Shown: positions 30,666-32,000 of the stretch, piece by piece
How the letters are laid out: every line of letters begins with the position of its first letter
How positions within the stretch are numbered: position 1 is the stretch's first letter
Source: a virus
DNA: 32,000 nt
Strand: one strand, 5' to 3'
Virus record (IMG/VR): IMGVR_UViG_3300045988_156141
Span: 11,499-43,498 of that record
Program-made: the position numbers and the translations under genes
The notes under the pieces: generated by a model
Databases searched by the model: none
Seen by the model: only the letters and a program-made list of their open reading frames with translations
What the model was told of the DNA's origin: nothing

Positions 30666-30965
30666 ATGTTTGAAGATAAGTTTTTACATGCTGATATTTA
30701 TATAAGTTATAAAGATACAACAATAGTTGTTGTATGTTCGGATGATGAAGAAATTATGTGTTTAGAAACAGATGGTTCTAAAGAATCATGGTATTTCGAT
30801 GTCAATAAAGAAAAGTTTAGTAGTTTGGTTGCAAAGTTATTGAATAAAGATATTGGGAATAATCGTAAAAAGGATTCAAAATATTTTTATATTAATTCAA
30901 GATCAAACTTAATGAAAGTGTTTAGTATTCTAGATCCTAGACAAATGAGGAACTTCTTAAATTGA
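30666..30965 (+). CDS. hypothetical protein, paralog 3 of 3
   Basis: 99 aa with GAGGG RBS. Shared motifs are DKF, IVVVCS, NKEKFSSL and LMKVFSILD. Confidence 0.65.
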   Translation: MFEDKFLHADIYISYKDTTIVVVCSDDEEIMCLETDGSKESWYFDVNKEKFSSLVAKLLNKDIGNNRKKDSKYFYINSRSNLMKVFSILDPRQMRNFLN

Positions 30966-31103
30966 AAAAGTGAAAAACACGGTTTATAATATAGATGGTT
31001 AATTAATTAGGGTTTTAATTGCTTTCAGTAAGCTTTTAAGGCCTTTTTTATATTCAAACAAAAGAAACAATAAAAACTTTTTGCAGTTGATTCAATTGGA
31101 TAT

Positions 31104-31131
31104 AAAAAAAGGACTTTTGCAAGTCCTTTTT
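31104..31131. terminator. bidirectional intrinsic terminator
   Basis: AAAAGGACTT-TTGC-AAGTCCTTTT has a 10-bp stem with A and T runs on both sides. It overlaps the stop of the minus-strand gene. Confidence 0.75.
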
Positions 31132-31711
31132 AAAACGGAAACTCTTCCAGCATTTTGTTGATCTTTTGTTGTTCTGTAAGTGCTGCTTTCTTCTTCTTTT
31201 TTGGTGCAGCTTTTTCAATGCTCATTTTTTCGATTTTACCATCATGGTAAACATAACTTTCTTGCAATTTGTTTCTATTAAATACATCTATAGTTTTTGA
31301 ATTAGTATTATAAGTTGCCAGCAAGCTTTTTGAACCTGGTTTACAGATCTTAAAAAGATCCTTATTTAATATATCTATATAACATTTATAAATTTTGAAG
31401 AAATAACAGATATCTTTTATTTCTTGGATATCAGGCGCGAAAAGTTCTTTTTTCGCTTCTGCATTGAAGTATATTTGAATATCATAATTGAAAAGCTTGT
31501 CAAGATCATGAGCGACAAAAAGCCTTAAGTCATTTGTTTGAGCAGCTGCATACATACATTTATTATGATCAAATTTAAAACCATGATCTTTTAAAATTTT
31601 TTCAGTTGAAGCGTTAGGAACTCCCAACGCTTCAACATAAATGTGGGGTTGTTTTCTTTCATTTGTGATGTAGTAATTAAAGTGAGTTCGCTCACGCTTC
31701 CATATTGTCAT
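31130..31711 (-). CDS. hypothetical protein with K-rich linker and C-terminal ...LEEFPF tail
   Basis: 193 aa with GGAGGG RBS. ILKDHGFKFDHNKCMY resembles the (A/L)K.LG.+(W/F)D...K.W(Y) module seen at the N-terminus of some primase-like or plasmid proteins. The C-terminus is PKKKKKAALTEQQKINKMLEEFPF. Confidence 0.65.
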   Translation of the reverse strand: MTIWKRERTHFNYYITNERKQPHIYVEALGVPNASTEKILKDHGFKFDHNKCMYAAAQTNDLRLFVAHDLDKLFNYDIQIYFNAEAKKELFAPDIQEIKDICYFFKIYKCYIDILNKDLFKICKPGSKSLLATYNTNSKTIDVFNRNKLQESYVYHDGKIEKMSIEKAAPKKKKKAALTEQQKINKMLEEFPF

Positions 31712-31922
31712 TTTTAAGCCCTCCTAAAATATCCAAAGTATATAAAGTATTTACAAGTAGCCAAAGTTCGCGCGGTTCAAGCATCCAAACAATAGTATCT
31801 AAACCATAATTAAGATCATATAAACCGTTTAAATGTTTGGTTATTGTATAAGGCTTGCAGCTAGATCCATTTAGTCGATCTAGTTTTTTTTCTGTAAATT
31901 CAATATATTCATTATTATTCAT
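31692..31922 (-). CDS. hypothetical protein, upstream partner of the reverse cassette
   Basis: The ATG at 31922 lies 9 nt after GGAGG. It overlaps the downstream gene by 20 nt. Confidence 0.6.
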   Translation of the reverse strand: MNNNEYIEFTEKKLDRLNGSSCKPYTITKHLNGLYDLNYGLDTIVWMLEPRELWLLVNTLYTLDILGGLKNDNMEA

Positions 31923-32000
31923 TTTTAAAACCTCCATTCATTATCGGTAGTGTCAAAAATCAACATTTTGATACAAATACTACTACCTTGATTTATTTGT

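Larger units (their letters stand above)
29950..30818 (+). repeat. strand-specific AAGTTT(TT) motif array (19 copies)
   Basis: Copies counted at 29950, 29963, 30001, 30072, 30127, 30201, 30214, 30307, 30338, 30372, 30388, 30448, 30519, 30540, 30588, 30622, 30646, 30678 and 30813. I found only one reverse-complement AAACTT near this block, at 30905-30910. Confidence 0.85.

Noticed and set aside
23244-30723. Remaining minus-strand ORFs in the early and moron region (23244-23561, 23389-23589, 25084-25455, 25724-26002, 26344-26664, 27387-27689, 29050-29256, 29629-29907, 30433-30723).
   Set aside because: All are antisense to densely packed, overlap-coupled + strand genes. They lack RBSs and have the Ser/Leu/Ile/Phe-rich composition expected of antisense frames of AT-rich coding DNA.
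1-32000. CRISPR arrays, tRNA/tmRNA genes and IS elements or transposases.
   Set aside because: I saw no regularly spaced 25-40-bp repeats. There is no GTTCGAATC-type T-arm with a matching acceptor stem, and no transposase-like ORF. The only recombinases are the two tyrosine recombinases reported.

Overview
This is an AT-rich segment (roughly one-third GC by eye) of a temperate siphovirus-type phage or prophage from a low-GC Firmicute (Bacillota). I saw no host housekeeping genes, tRNA, rRNA, CRISPR array or reverse transcriptase. The window looks like a circularly permuted view of one phage genome.

Gene order:
1. Tail morphogenesis (16-10022, + strand): tape measure, Dit, a Tal with an inserted ricin-type lectin domain, a BppU-like protein, and a beta-helix receptor-binding protein.
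2. An unusual 8-ORF accessory cluster (10070-13264) split into three terminator-delimited units. It holds two membrane coiled-coil proteins, a sigma-70 region-4-only protein, Q/N/M-rich low-complexity proteins, a Cys-rich Gly-flanked membrane protein and a stand-alone BclA-C-terminal-like jelly-roll protein.
3. Lysis cassette (13344-14739): holin, an acidic micro-ORF and an Amidase_2 endolysin.
4. A dense regulatory or att-like region (14740-15054).
5. A tyrosine integrase co-directional with the late genes, plus a DUF2335 protein (15055-16849).
6. About 0.8 kb without long ORFs, containing a structured element, a C10 tract and micro-ORFs.
7. An Ltp-type superinfection-exclusion lipoprotein and an XRE repressor on the minus strand, facing a three-operator switch (17668-19300).
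8. Early genes (19326-27900): a second XerC/D-like tyrosine recombinase module, a DnaD-like replisome organizer with internal iterons, a DnaC-like loader, an HNH endonuclease and many small ORFs.
9. A candidate late regulator (27905-28372).
10. A lipoprotein and membrane moron block (28369-29815).
11. Three tandem paralogs saturated with a strand-specific AAGTTT(TT) motif (29950-30965).
12. A reverse-strand two-gene cassette (31130-31922).

The most unusual items are the accessory cluster in item 2, the AAGTTT motif array, the second recombinase module and the reverse cassette. All functional calls rest on motif and architecture recognition by eye. No database search was run.
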